64,000 bases of DNA from Alistipes sp. (lineage in GTDB: Bacteria; Bacteroidota; Bacteroidia; Bacteroidales; Rikenellaceae), in NCBI GenBank assembly GCA_045655585.1, contig JAZOPO010000018.1:2438-66437 (forward strand), given 5' to 3'. Every line of letters begins with the position of its first letter. The stretch's first letter is position 1. Below, one piece after another: positions 8,921-19,436 of this stretch. The notes beneath the pieces are model-generated. The model searched no databases and was not told where the DNA came from. It worked only from the letters and a program-made list of their open reading frames with translations. The position numbers and the translations under genes are program-made.

Positions 8921-10018
8921 ATGCCACTGAAAGATATAGCCCTGACTTTTGTCCCGCAACTCGGTGTTCGCGGCGCGGCCCACCTGATTAGATACTTCGG
9001 GTCGGCAGAGGCTGTATATGCCGCATCGCGTGACGAGCTAACGGAGGGTGCTGAGCTTCGCGACTCTGCCGTGAAAAGCATCTTGGCGGGCGAAGGTCTG
9101 CGCCAAGCGGAGCGAGAGATGGAGTATTGTCGTCGAAATGGCATAACACCCGTAGCGGCATCGTCGCCACACTACCCTCGCCTGCTGCGCGAGACGGACG
9201 ACTTCCCTGCGGTGCTATATGTTTGTGGTAATACGGAGGTGCTCAACAGCCGAATGGTGTCGTTTGTTGGCACGCGTAAGATGAGCTCATACGGACAACT
9301 TATGTGCGACACTCTGGTGCGCGAACTCGCTGAGGCCGTACCCGATGTAACCATCGTAAGCGGCTTGGCCTATGGCGTAGACGGGGCGTGCCATCGTGCT
9401 GCGCTAACACACGGGGCGAGAACCGTTGCAGTGTTGGCAAATGCATTGCCCAAGATGCAACCCTCGGCACACGAGCGCATAGCTGCCGAGATGATTTCGC
9501 GAGGTGGAGCAGTTGTCAGCGAACTAAATTCACAGACCAAGCAGAATGGGCAATTCTTCATTCCGCGCAACCGCATAATTGCCGGCTTAGCCGCAGGAAC
9601 GGTGGTTGTTGAGTCGCCCGAGGCTGGCGGCTCGCTCTCCACGGCAGCGTTTGCCGATGGGTACAATCGCACGGTGATGGCTTTGCCGGGCCGCGCAACG
9701 GATAGCAATTCGCGCGGCTGCAACCTGCTGATTCGCAATAGAAAGGCGCAGGCAATATTATCGGGATGCGACATTGCCCGCGAGTTGATGTGGGACCTCG
9801 AGCTCGACACCATAAATGAGCCACAACGCGAACCCCTGCCCCTCACCGACGATGAGAGCAGACTCTTCGCGCACTTTGACACCGAGCCTATTTCGATAGA
9901 TGTTCTGCAACAGCGAAGCGGATTATCACTGGGCGAGTTGTCGCTCACGCTGATGAATTTGGAGTTATCGGGCGCTATTCGCCAGCTGCCCGGCAAACGA
10001 TACGAGAAAATAATATAG
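8921..10018 (+). CDS. dprA: DNA-processing protein DprA
   Basis: VGTR..S.YG, IVSGLAYGVD, RNRIIAGL, VVVES..GGSL.TA, C-terminal winged helix. Confidence 0.95.
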   Translation: MPLKDIALTFVPQLGVRGAAHLIRYFGSAEAVYAASRDELTEGAELRDSAVKSILAGEGLRQAEREMEYCRRNGITPVAASSPHYPRLLRETDDFPAVLYVCGNTEVLNSRMVSFVGTRKMSSYGQLMCDTLVRELAEAVPDVTIVSGLAYGVDGACHRAALTHGARTVAVLANALPKMQPSAHERIAAEMISRGGAVVSELNSQTKQNGQFFIPRNRIIAGLAAGTVVVESPEAGGSLSTAAFADGYNRTVMALPGRATDSNSRGCNLLIRNRKAQAILSGCDIARELMWDLELDTINEPQREPLPLTDDESRLFAHFDTEPISIDVLQQRSGLSLGELSLTLMNLELSGAIRQLPGKRYEKII

Positions 10019-10051
10019 CCACAGAGAGTGGCCAACAACCAAAAGCACACT

Positions 10052-10864
10052 ATGCAACTAATTGATACACATTCCCATCTATATGCCGAGGAGTTCGACA
10101 ACGACCGCGCCGAGGCCATCGAGCGTGCCCGCGCGTGGGGCGTGGAGCGACTGCTGCTACCCGCCATCGACAGCGAGAGCCACGAGCGACTATTCGCACT
10201 GGCCACAGCCTACCCCGACCTCTGCCGCGCGATGATGGGTCTGCACCCCACCTCCGTGAATGACAATCCCCGCTGGCGTGAGGAGCTGGCACTCGTGGAG
10301 CAGTATCTCGCGCAACCGCCCGAGGGCATTAAGTTTTGCGCCGTGGGAGAGATTGGCTTGGATTACTATTGGAGTCAGGATTTCGTTGCCGAGCAGCGCA
10401 AGGCGTTCATCTCGCAGTGTCGTCTGGCCGCCCGCTTGGATATGCCCGTGGCGATTCACACCCGTTCGGCGTGGGAGGATATGTGCGAAATATTAGAGAG
10501 CGAAACATCACGCGCCACCGAGCGCGGAGAGCGTCTGCGAGGCGTACTGCACGCCTACTCGGAGGGGGCTGATGTCTATCGCCGAATGAAGGCGTGCGGA
10601 AATTGGCTATTTGGAATAGGTGGTGTGGTGACTTTCAAGAAGAGCGTTGTCGCTCAGGCCGTTGCCGAGATGGAGTTGGAGGATATAATCCTCGAAACAG
10701 ACTGCCCCTACCTCACCCCCGTACCCTATCGCGGGAAGCGCAACGAGTCGGCCTATGTTCGCTATGTGTGCGAGAAGATTGCCGAGATTAAGGGTATCTT
10801 GCCCGACGCGGTGGCGCGCATAAGCACCGCCAATGCCCGCAGAATGTTTTTAGGAAATGAATAA
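10052..10864 (+). CDS. tatD: TatD family DNase
   Basis: IDTHSH, GLHP, GEIGLDY, IHTR, ETDCPYL. Confidence 0.93.
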   Translation: MQLIDTHSHLYAEEFDNDRAEAIERARAWGVERLLLPAIDSESHERLFALATAYPDLCRAMMGLHPTSVNDNPRWREELALVEQYLAQPPEGIKFCAVGEIGLDYYWSQDFVAEQRKAFISQCRLAARLDMPVAIHTRSAWEDMCEILESETSRATERGERLRGVLHAYSEGADVYRRMKACGNWLFGIGGVVTFKKSVVAQAVAEMELEDIILETDCPYLTPVPYRGKRNESAYVRYVCEKIAEIKGILPDAVARISTANARRMFLGNE

Positions 10865-10886
10865 GGTCTATTAATATAAGGTAAAT

Positions 10887-11945
10887 ATGGAACAGATAAT
10901 ACGAAATATCGATTCGGGTCGCTCGTCGATTCTGCTCATATACACGGGAGGTACAATCGGTATGCGTCCCGACGAGAAGACGGGCGCGCTGGTGCCATTC
11001 GATTTTAGCGGTATCTACGACGAGTTCCCCTCGCTGCGCCGCCTAAATGTCGATATTGATGTTCACACGATGCCCAAGCTCATCGACTCGTCGAATGTAA
11101 AGCCTTCGGACTGGTGCGCCATAGCCGAGGTCATACGCGACAACTACCTAAAATACGATGGCTTCGTGATTCTGCACGGCACCGACACAATGTCCTACAC
11201 CGCTTCGGCACTGAGTTTTATGCTCGAAAATCTCGCCAAGCCCGTAATCTTCACAGGTAGCCAGATACCCATCGGTGTGCTCCGCACCGACGGCCGCGAG
11301 AATCTCATCACAGCCATCGAGGTGGCGGGTGCAAAGCTAAACGGTCGCCCGCTTGTTCCCGAGGTTGCCCTGCTCTTCCACAGCCGTCTCTGCCGCGGAA
11401 ATCGTACCCGCAAGAGTAGCGCCGAGGAGTTGGATGCCTTCTCTTCGCCCAACTATCCGCCCCTTGCCGAGGTGGGTGTAAAGATAGCCTACAACACCGC
11501 CGCCATAGCCCGCGTGGAGCCCTCCGACGAGCCTCTGCGCATTGCTACGATGCTCAGCGAGGGTGTCGCCATCATCAAGCTCTTCCCCGGCATCAGCGAA
11601 CACACCCTGCGCGCCATTCTCTCGGTCGAGGGGTTGCGTGGCGTGGTGTTGGAGACCTATGGTGCGGGCAACGCTCCCACATCGGGTTGGTTCCTCGAAC
11701 TTATGCGCGAGACCATCAAACGAGGCGTGCTTGTGCTCAATGTAACACAGTGCGATAACGGCTCTGTGGAGATGCATCTCTACGAGACGGGCCAGCGTCT
11801 GCACTCGGCTGGTGTGGTGTCGGCATACGATATGACCACCGAGGCTGCCATCACAAAATTGATGTATGTTTTGGGCCAAAATCTACCTTGGGAGCAGAGC
11901 GTGGAGATGATTCAGCGCCCTCTGCGCGGAGAATTTACGCTTTAA
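10887..11945 (+). CDS. ansA: L-asparaginase type I
   Basis: IYTGGTIGM, HGTDTMSY, TGSQIP, DMTTEAA. Confidence 0.93.
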   Translation: MEQIIRNIDSGRSSILLIYTGGTIGMRPDEKTGALVPFDFSGIYDEFPSLRRLNVDIDVHTMPKLIDSSNVKPSDWCAIAEVIRDNYLKYDGFVILHGTDTMSYTASALSFMLENLAKPVIFTGSQIPIGVLRTDGRENLITAIEVAGAKLNGRPLVPEVALLFHSRLCRGNRTRKSSAEELDAFSSPNYPPLAEVGVKIAYNTAAIARVEPSDEPLRIATMLSEGVAIIKLFPGISEHTLRAILSVEGLRGVVLETYGAGNAPTSGWFLELMRETIKRGVLVLNVTQCDNGSVEMHLYETGQRLHSAGVVSAYDMTTEAAITKLMYVLGQNLPWEQSVEMIQRPLRGEFTL

Positions 11946-12236
11946 GGACTTGCACGAAAAAAAAATAATTCTTATATTTCGGTCCGTAAACTCTACCAAA
12001 ACTGCATCAACCGCTCGCAGGGCGTGCTGATTTGTGGCGCAATGAATTGTGAGTCACGATGTTAGCCATCGTTGCGCGCGCATTTGGCGAGAGTTGAGCC
12101 GAAACTGCTAAATGGCACAAAATGCCCCTTTGGGAGATGAGAATGTGCCGAAAAGCACTTTTTGTGAGAAAAAATAACAACATAAAACTAAAAAAAATAA
12201 AGTAACAAACACTAATTAAATTTATTTCAAAAAGCT

Positions 12237-12953
12237 ATGAAAAAAAATCTTATGTTTTTGGCAGTTGCCGTACTTGGCACTGTAAGCGCCTTTGCACAGG
12301 GTGCAGAGACTGAGCTCGCAGGTGAGACTATGCACCAGATTTTGATGCAGAAGTTCCTCGAGGGTGGTTGGGGCTGGATGATGCCCGTATTGGTTTGCTT
12401 GGTAATCGGTTTGTCTATCGCTATCGAGCGTATGCTTTACTTGGCATTCTCTAACATCAACACTAAGAAGTTCATCGCTAAGTTCGAGGAGACTTTGAAC
12501 AATAATGGCGTTGAGGCTGCTAAGGACCTTTGCCGCAACACTCGCGGTCCCGTTGCTTCTATCTACTATCAGGGTCTTGACCGTATGGATCAGGGTATGG
12601 ACGCTGTTGAGAAGGCTGTTGTATCTTACGGTTCTGTTCAGACAGGTCAGTTGGAGTCAGGTCTTTCTTGGATCGGTTTGTTCATCGCTTTGTCTCCTAT
12701 GTTGGGTTTCATGGGTACAGTAGTAGGTATGATCGGTGCGTTCGACCAGATTCAGGCTGCTGGTGATATCTCTCCTACTATCGTAGCAGGTGGTATCAAG
12801 GTTGCGTTGTTGACTACTTTGATGGGTCTTATCGCTGCGGTTATTCTCCAGTTGTTCTACAACTATGTAGTATCTAAGATTGATACATTGGTTAACACAA
12901 TGGAGGATGCTTCAATCTCTTTGGTTGACATTTTGAGCGCATACAAGAAGTAA
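12237..12953 (+). CDS. exbB: MotA/TolQ/ExbB proton channel protein
   Basis: SPMLGFMGTVVGMI, GIKVALLTT. Confidence 0.9.
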   Translation: MKKNLMFLAVAVLGTVSAFAQGAETELAGETMHQILMQKFLEGGWGWMMPVLVCLVIGLSIAIERMLYLAFSNINTKKFIAKFEETLNNNGVEAAKDLCRNTRGPVASIYYQGLDRMDQGMDAVEKAVVSYGSVQTGQLESGLSWIGLFIALSPMLGFMGTVVGMIGAFDQIQAAGDISPTIVAGGIKVALLTTLMGLIAAVILQLFYNYVVSKIDTLVNTMEDASISLVDILSAYKK

Positions 12954-12980
12954 TTAAGACCTTAAAAGAAGAAAATTAAA

Positions 12981-13418
12981 ATGGGAAAATTGATTAAATA
13001 TCTGTCACCCATCCTTATTGCTGTATGCGTTGCATTGGTAGCTTGGGCGGTATTCACTACACCCGAGGATGCTACTGTTGAGAACGCAACTGCCGTAGGT
13101 AGTATGCTTATGTGGGGTTACCTCATCGCAGGCGTTGCTATCGTAGTTGCAGTATTGGCAGCTGTATGGGATTTGATCCAGAAGCCTACTGGTATCAAGG
13201 GTACTATTTTTGCAGGTGTAGGTATTATCGCTATCATCGCAGGTGCTTACTTCATCGCTAACGGTCACGACTTCCAGATTCTCGACATCGGTAACCAGAC
13301 CTATTTCGAGCGTACAGACACTGTTATCGCTGATGCATCTATCTTGGTAGCATATGTAGCAGGTGCTGGTGCAGTACTTTCTGCTATCTATTCAGCTATT
13401 TCTGACGCTTTAAAATAA
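12981..13418 (+). CDS. Four-TM hypothetical protein of the Bacteroidota exbB-X-exbD-exbD operon
   Basis: Hydrophobic helices; operon position; biased codon usage. Confidence 0.75.
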   Translation: MGKLIKYLSPILIAVCVALVAWAVFTTPEDATVENATAVGSMLMWGYLIAGVAIVVAVLAAVWDLIQKPTGIKGTIFAGVGIIAIIAGAYFIANGHDFQILDIGNQTYFERTDTVIADASILVAYVAGAGAVLSAIYSAISDALK

Positions 13419-13430
13419 AGGAGGTAGACA

Positions 13431-14024
13431 ATGGGAAATGCAAGAAAAACTCCAGAAGTTCGCGCCGACTCTCAGGCCGATATCGCATTCTTGTTGCTCA
13501 TCTTCTTCCTCGTTGCTACTACAATGAACTCAGACAAGGGTCTCTCACGCGTACTTCCGCCGTTGCCCCCTGAGGATGTTAAGGTAGAGGATGCTAAGGT
13601 TAAGGAGCGCAATGTATTGTTGGTGTTCGTTAACGCAGCAGGCCAGATTATGGCTGGTGATGAGCCAATGGATATTCGCGGCTTGAAGGATAAGGCTAAG
13701 GAGTTCATCCTTAACCCTATGGACGACGAGAACCTTCCCGAGAAGAAGGATACCGAAATCGATATGCCGGACGGTACCAAGTGGACTTATCCCGTCAGCG
13801 AGGGCGTAGTATCATTGCAGACAACTCGTGATACAAACTACGAGGTTTATATTATGGTTCAGAACGAGCTCTCACGCGCTTTCAACGAGGTTCGTGACCA
13901 AGTTGCAATGCAGAAGTTCGGTAGCGTATTCTCTGAACTTGCAGAGGAGCAGCGTAGTGTAATCACTAAGGCTGTACCTCAGAAGATTTCAGAGGCTGAG
14001 CCTCGTAAGGGTATTAAGAAGTAA
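13431..14024 (+). CDS. exbD: ExbD/TolR family protein
   Basis: ADIAFLLLIFFLVATT TM with conserved Asp. Confidence 0.88.
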   Translation: MGNARKTPEVRADSQADIAFLLLIFFLVATTMNSDKGLSRVLPPLPPEDVKVEDAKVKERNVLLVFVNAAGQIMAGDEPMDIRGLKDKAKEFILNPMDDENLPEKKDTEIDMPDGTKWTYPVSEGVVSLQTTRDTNYEVYIMVQNELSRAFNEVRDQVAMQKFGSVFSELAEEQRSVITKAVPQKISEAEPRKGIKK

Positions 14025-14047
14025 CGCATAAAAGACAAGGAAAAGTT

Positions 14048-14521
14048 ATGGCAGTAATGAAAAAATCGGGTGACAAGAAAGAGGTCCCCGCAATCTCAAC
14101 CGCTTCTCTTCCCGACGTTATCTTTATGATTCTGTTCTTCTTTATGGTGTCTACCACTATGAGAGAGCAAGAGTTGTTGGTGCGTTACAAGTTGCCCTCT
14201 GCAACTGAGGTTCAGAAGTTGGAGAAGAAGAGTTTGGTGAGCTATGTAAACATCGGTGTTCCTGTATCACATATGCAGGCTAAGTATGGTACCGCTCCCC
14301 GAATTCAGTTGAATGACACATTTAAGACCGCTAAGGATATTGGTGATTTCATCGGTGCTGAGCGCGACCAGCTCAACGAGTCTGACCGTGCACAGATGAC
14401 TGTCAGCATCAAGGCTGACCAGTACACTAAGATGGGTATCATCACCGATGTTAAGCAGGAGCTTCGTCGTGCTAACGCGTTGAAGATTTCTTACGCAGCG
14501 GTTGAGGGTGAGGCTTACTAA
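14048..14521 (+). CDS. exbD: ExbD/TolR family protein
   Basis: SLPDVIFMILFFFMVSTT; IKAD motif. Confidence 0.88.
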   Translation: MAVMKKSGDKKEVPAISTASLPDVIFMILFFFMVSTTMREQELLVRYKLPSATEVQKLEKKSLVSYVNIGVPVSHMQAKYGTAPRIQLNDTFKTAKDIGDFIGAERDQLNESDRAQMTVSIKADQYTKMGIITDVKQELRRANALKISYAAVEGEAY

Positions 14522-14543
14522 TAGTCTAACCTACTCTAAATAG

Positions 14544-14577
14544 AAAAAGGTTTCCACATCGTGGAGACCTTTTTTTT
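14544..14577 (+). terminator. Intrinsic terminator
   Basis: AGGTTTCCAC-atc-GTGGAGACCT followed by T-run. Confidence 0.8.
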
Positions 14578-14773
14578 GTGCGTATGCGAAGAGAAGTTGT
14601 AGTGCTCGCCGTGCAGGCCGCCCTTTTGTGGGATTGTGATACGATAAATAGATGTTAAAATAGAAGTTAGAGGGAAATAATGAATAATATTACACGATAT
14701 AATTGAATTACTACAATATATTAATTAATTTTGAATATCCATTTAAGAGGAATTATTTTAATTAATATACGAT

Positions 14774-15712
14774 ATGAAAACAAGCCTAAATGATAGTCTG
14801 CCCACTATCGTGAAGTATGTCGAAACAAATTATGCTGGCATACATCTACTAAAACTAAACCGATGTGCCATCGGCTACATAACGCGAGGAACGAAGTACA
14901 TCTACTACGGAGATGCGCGCCACACAATCTCAAAGGGCGAGGTATTTTATATGGGCGTGGGTAATCACTATGTGGAGGAGGTGATGGAAGATGGTCGCGC
15001 GTATGAGGAGATAGTGGTATACTACACTCCCGAGCATCTGCAACGCATTCTGCTCTATCTGAATATGAACTACTCGATAAACATCACCAACACCCATCAA
15101 TGCGAGCATTGCAGGCGACTAAATCATATATCCGTACCTGCTGCAGGGGCGATGCGTAGCTTCTTCACCCACGCCGACAGCTATTTACACGATGATAACT
15201 TTATGCACGACGAGACGGCCGAGAATATCAAGATGACTGAGCTGATATATCTCATCATCTCGCTCGCTGACGGCTGCCTTAAAAGCAAGGTGCTGAATAA
15301 TGTAGACTCGGCGCGCGACAACTTCGAGCAGATAATATATTCGCACATATTCAGCGATGTATCGATAGAAAAGCTTGCCGAGAAGAGTAACCGCTCGCTC
15401 ACCTCATTCAAAAAGGAGCTCACGCGTCATTTCTTTATGCCGACGCATCGTTGGTTTATACAGCAGCGACTTATGCAGTCGCGCCTACTCCTCATCTCGA
15501 CCTCGAAATCTATTTCGGAGATTGGCATCGAGTGCACCTTCCCTAACACCTCACATTTTATAAAACTTTTCAAAAAGCAGTATGGCACGACGCCAGCCAT
15601 ATATCGCAATACACATTGCGGAAAGTTGGTGGCAGGAATGCAGAGTGGAGCTGACACTATTGGTATGCAGTACCCCAACACAAATATAGCCGTTGAGAGC
15701 ATTGCGTTGTAG
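14774..15712 (+). CDS. AraC family transcriptional regulator (ExsA-like)
   Basis: C-terminal double HTH: LAEKSNRSLTSFKK...SISEIGIECTFPNTSHFIKLFKKQYGTTP. Confidence 0.9.
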   Translation: MKTSLNDSLPTIVKYVETNYAGIHLLKLNRCAIGYITRGTKYIYYGDARHTISKGEVFYMGVGNHYVEEVMEDGRAYEEIVVYYTPEHLQRILLYLNMNYSINITNTHQCEHCRRLNHISVPAAGAMRSFFTHADSYLHDDNFMHDETAENIKMTELIYLIISLADGCLKSKVLNNVDSARDNFEQIIYSHIFSDVSIEKLAEKSNRSLTSFKKELTRHFFMPTHRWFIQQRLMQSRLLLISTSKSISEIGIECTFPNTSHFIKLFKKQYGTTPAIYRNTHCGKLVAGMQSGADTIGMQYPNTNIAVESIAL

Positions 15713-15826
15713 GCTGAATGTATTAATTAAATATTTTAAAAATAAACAACTCCGAGAAACACCTTTTTCCTAAAAAAGGGCAATATATCTTTGTTGATGG
15801 GAAAAATTATATTATCTTTGCATCAG

Positions 15827-15909
15827 CAATGTGGGGTGACCCACTTCTCATTAACCTAACTAACCTAACACGGTGGTGATTTGTCTTGGACATCTCACCA
15901 CTTTTTTTT
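15827..15909 (+). ncRNA. Candidate small RNA (~83 nt)
   Basis: -33 TTTG (15790-93) and -7 TATCTTTG (15813-20) 19 nt apart; GNRA hairpin, tandem TAACCTAAC, terminator with T8. Confidence 0.55.
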
Positions 15910-15997
15910 ATAGCGGTAAGAAAAATTTGACAAAGGGAGCGTAAGGCAAGAAACAATTCTCCTGCGGTAAGGGATATATCCTGAGTAGAAATGCTAA

Positions 15998-18373
15998 TTA
16001 GAAGGGATAACCCACACCGAAGTTGAGCGCAGTATTCTTCCACTTGAAGTTGTGAATCCATCGCTCACCAACGGGCTCATTGGGGCTATGCAGACGAATA
16101 CCCCAGTCCAGACGCAGGACAACAAACTTGATATCAATGCGCAAACCGACACCGGTATTCAAACCAAGCTGCTTATAAAATCTATCAAAGTGGAATACAC
16201 CCTCCTCGGGCACCTCCGCCTTATCTTGGTCGATATACCACACATTACCCGCATCGAGGAATGTAGCACCGTGGAACATATCCCATATAGGGAAACGGAA
16301 CTCTAAGTTGGCCTCCAAACGCATATCGCCCATCTGCACGGGATAGGGTGTATTCTGCGCAGGGGTATTGCCCGGACCGAGGGTACGGGGAGCCCAGCCT
16401 CGCATACTATTACTACCACCAACATAGAACATACGGTCGAAAGGCAATGCCGTAGAGTTACCGTAAGGCAAGCCCACGCCCGCAAAGAGACGACCTGCGA
16501 TAGCAGTCTTCTCGCCGAGTAGAATCTTACGACTCACGCTGACATCACCACGCACATACTGAGAGTAGCGCACGCCGAGGATATTGTAATACCCCTCAGG
16601 AGTCTTGGTCGAAAAGGCACGCTCGAAGAGGTTGAGCAGATTACCTGACGACTCGAAGTTGATATGCATAAGCGTAGCATTACCACCTACATTCTTCTTC
16701 TGGCTGTTGTATGTGTACGATGCCGAAAGGCCCACGATAGCCTGCGTAAGGTAACTCTGTCGAAGATACTCGTTCTGCAACGAGTTGAAGAAATCCTCGT
16801 TAATATAACTTACATTAATCCAGTTAAGGTCAACGGGACGCAGCTGATAACTGTGCAAACTATTCAAACTACGCCACGAGTAGGTCCAAGTGGCACGCGA
16901 GAGGTCGCGACGGTAGTACGGGCGGTCCTGATAGTTGTACGATACCTCCACCTTGGTACGGGGCATATTGATATTACGCGACGATAGGCGGAACGGCACC
17001 ATAAATCGCGGAAACGAGAGACCCACAGCAAAACCCAACTCGTTAGCACGGCGCTTGGTAGTGTTGGGCGCCTTCATATACTCATAACCAAATGTTACCG
17101 AGGCGTTTAGCGTCTCCACGCCACGGAAGAGGTTACGATTTTGATAACCCACCGTAGCACTCAGGCCGTAGAAGCTCGATGTGGTACTACCCTCCAACTC
17201 GACATTGAAGCCCTGTTTAAGTGTTGGCGAGGCAAGGATGTGGCAACGCAGGTAGCCCTCCTGAATATCATCAAACTTCTTGGGCGAATATGCTGTGCGA
17301 CCGCTTCCTGCGTAGTTCACCACAAGCGTATCATCTTGCCCTTGCGGTATCTCCTCGAAGGCGATGCGGGCACTCTTGAAGTAGCCGAGCGACATAATCT
17401 CGTTGTAGGTACGGTCGACCTCCGATGCGCTATATGTGGTGTTGGGCGACATCTGAATAGCGGTGTGCAACACGGCGGGGCGCACATTGAGTTTACCATT
17501 GGAGATGATATTCAGACCTTTGTAGTAAGTCGTATCGAGCATTGTGCGCTGACGCACATCGCGGTCAACGGCAGGGTCGTAATCGGGGATAACATTGATC
17601 TCGCTGACACGGTAGATACGATTATTCTCGCGTATAGCCTCGCCACGCTCGTTATAACCCGTGATATTCTGGCGCACAATCATACGGATACCCACCTTGC
17701 GGTCGCCACCCAGCGTATCGACACGATACTGGATGTTGTTTACCGAGAAGTTGTAGTATCCCTTGTTGTTAAGGTACGAAGCTATGCGCTCGCGCTCCTT
17801 GTCCAATGCCGTAATGTCGAAGATGTTACCCACTTTGAGTAGCGACTGCGCCGTGTCGGATTCGATGATGGGAGCAATCTGCCTATCGCGGAAGCTATAA
17901 GAGATACTCTTAATACGATATGGCTCGCCCTGCTGAGTGCGGTAGGTTACATAGGCACGATTGCGGCGGCGCGTGGTGTCCACCTCATACTCCACAGTCG
18001 AGGAGTAGTAGCCGCGCGAGTCCATATATGTTTTCAGGTTCTGCGCACTGCGTGCTGTAAGCGACGGGTCCAGCAACACGGGAGCCTCGCCCACCTTGCG
18101 TTTGAGGTTATTCCACCAATTATCCTTATTGGGATTTGCCAAATTGTAGGCCCACACATAGAAGTTTGTACCGAGGAAGCGTTTGTTGGGCGTCTGTCGC
18201 ACATACTCCTCCAATGTAAGGGCGTTTATGCGCTCGTCCTTGGGTACAGTGTGGTCGGTCTCTATATTGACTCTTTGGAGCAGATACTCGCCGTGGCTGA
18301 GTTTGCGCGTGACGCTACAAGCCGAGCATAATATACTCAACAACAGCACCAAAACTAAACGACCTCTACTCAT
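15998..18373 (-). CDS. tamL: Omp85-family lipoprotein TamL (POTRA + beta-barrel)
   Basis: Lipobox LCSAC, POTRA-like GYY/GYF segments, GGSNSMRGW, C-terminal FGVGYPF; start may be 18403. Confidence 0.85.
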   Translation of the reverse strand: MSRGRLVLVLLLSILCSACSVTRKLSHGEYLLQRVNIETDHTVPKDERINALTLEEYVRQTPNKRFLGTNFYVWAYNLANPNKDNWWNNLKRKVGEAPVLLDPSLTARSAQNLKTYMDSRGYYSSTVEYEVDTTRRRNRAYVTYRTQQGEPYRIKSISYSFRDRQIAPIIESDTAQSLLKVGNIFDITALDKERERIASYLNNKGYYNFSVNNIQYRVDTLGGDRKVGIRMIVRQNITGYNERGEAIRENNRIYRVSEINVIPDYDPAVDRDVRQRTMLDTTYYKGLNIISNGKLNVRPAVLHTAIQMSPNTTYSASEVDRTYNEIMSLGYFKSARIAFEEIPQGQDDTLVVNYAGSGRTAYSPKKFDDIQEGYLRCHILASPTLKQGFNVELEGSTTSSFYGLSATVGYQNRNLFRGVETLNASVTFGYEYMKAPNTTKRRANELGFAVGLSFPRFMVPFRLSSRNINMPRTKVEVSYNYQDRPYYRRDLSRATWTYSWRSLNSLHSYQLRPVDLNWINVSYINEDFFNSLQNEYLRQSYLTQAIVGLSASYTYNSQKKNVGGNATLMHINFESSGNLLNLFERAFSTKTPEGYYNILGVRYSQYVRGDVSVSRKILLGEKTAIAGRLFAGVGLPYGNSTALPFDRMFYVGGSNSMRGWAPRTLGPGNTPAQNTPYPVQMGDMRLEANLEFRFPIWDMFHGATFLDAGNVWYIDQDKAEVPEEGVFHFDRFYKQLGLNTGVGLRIDIKFVVLRLDWGIRLHSPNEPVGERWIHNFKWKNTALNFGVGYPF

Positions 18374-18620
18374 CTCCACTCCTAAATTTTTGCCCTGTGC
18401 CATTTTGAAGCCGCGGCCACAACTCTCACGCGCCATACGAAGGCAATATTCGAGCCACGACAACAGCGCATAGCAGAGCAAATTAATGTTCAAAAATAGT
18501 AATATTTCCCGCAGGAAACAAATAAAAATCACAACTTTCCGCCACCCCGCGGCACGAAAAACGGGTTGCAAGCATTGTTCTTTGCATTTTTTTTCGTAAT
18601 TTTACGCTTGAAAACAAACG

Positions 18621-19436
18621 ATGCTTATGAAAGAGAAATTTTTGATGGCCGGTTCTACGGCTCTGCATATAGCCGACTCAGGCGTAGGTGAAAAGTGCGT
18701 TGTACTGCTGCACGGATACCTCGAATCTATGTATGTATGGGACGAGTTTGCACACCTTCTCTCGCCCAAAGTGAGAGTCATCACGGTGGATATTCCGGGC
18801 CACGGCATATCGGAGGTCAAGGGCGAGGTACACACTATGGAGATGGTGGCCGATGTGCTACACGAGATGCTCAAATCGTTAGATATTGAGAAGGTTACGA
18901 TGGTAGGCCACTCGATGGGTGGATATGTCGCGCTGGCATTTTGCGCCCGCCACCCCGAGCAGTTGGAGGGCTTGGTATTGCTCAGCTCGACACCCAACCC
19001 CGACACCGAGGTAAAAAAAGAAAATCGTCGCCGCGAGATTGCCCTTGTGCGCGCAGGCAAGAAGGATGCGCTGGCTCGCGTAGCCCCCGAAGCGGGCTTT
19101 GCACCACACAACCGCAAGCGATTGAAGGACTACATCGACGACTTGGTGGAGTGCGTACACATCACCGAGGACGAGGGCATCATCGCCCTGCTCGGCGGAA
19201 TGATAGAGCGCGCGGACCAGAACGAGATGCTACGCAACAGTGGCGTGCGCCAGCTCTTTATCTTGGGCAAGCACGATGGTTACATCCCCGTGGAGGCTGC
19301 CGAGGAGTTCATCGCCCGCCACCCTCAGGCCGAGGTTGCGTGGTTGGAGGAGTCGGGCCATATGGGTTTTATCGAGCAACCCGCCGAGTGTGCCAAAGCG
19401 CTACTCGATTTTGTGGTAGGCCCAGAGCAGGAGTAA
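18621..19436 (+). CDS. Alpha/beta fold hydrolase
   Basis: LLHGY, DIPGHG, GHSMGG nucleophile elbow, SGHMG. Confidence 0.9.
   Translation: MLMKEKFLMAGSTALHIADSGVGEKCVVLLHGYLESMYVWDEFAHLLSPKVRVITVDIPGHGISEVKGEVHTMEMVADVLHEMLKSLDIEKVTMVGHSMGGYVALAFCARHPEQLEGLVLLSSTPNPDTEVKKENRRREIALVRAGKKDALARVAPEAGFAPHNRKRLKDYIDDLVECVHITEDEGIIALLGGMIERADQNEMLRNSGVRQLFILGKHDGYIPVEAAEEFIARHPQAEVAWLEESGHMGFIEQPAECAKALLDFVVGPEQE

Noticed and set aside
8536-8991. ORFs 8536-8871, 8611-8991 and 8619-8906
   Set aside because: They run across tRNA-Cys, its promoter and its terminator
9370-10206. 278-aa antisense ORF
   Set aside because: Shadow of dprA/tatD; Ser/Arg-rich with no domain
15807-16061. 84-aa minus-strand ORF over the candidate sRNA
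   Set aside because: Overlaps the tamL end and has no motif; plus-strand promoter and terminator explain the region better
18374-18571. N-terminal extension of TamL in the ORF track
   Set aside because: Covers the divergent promoter region; the lipoprotein signal begins at ATG 18373 (or 18403)
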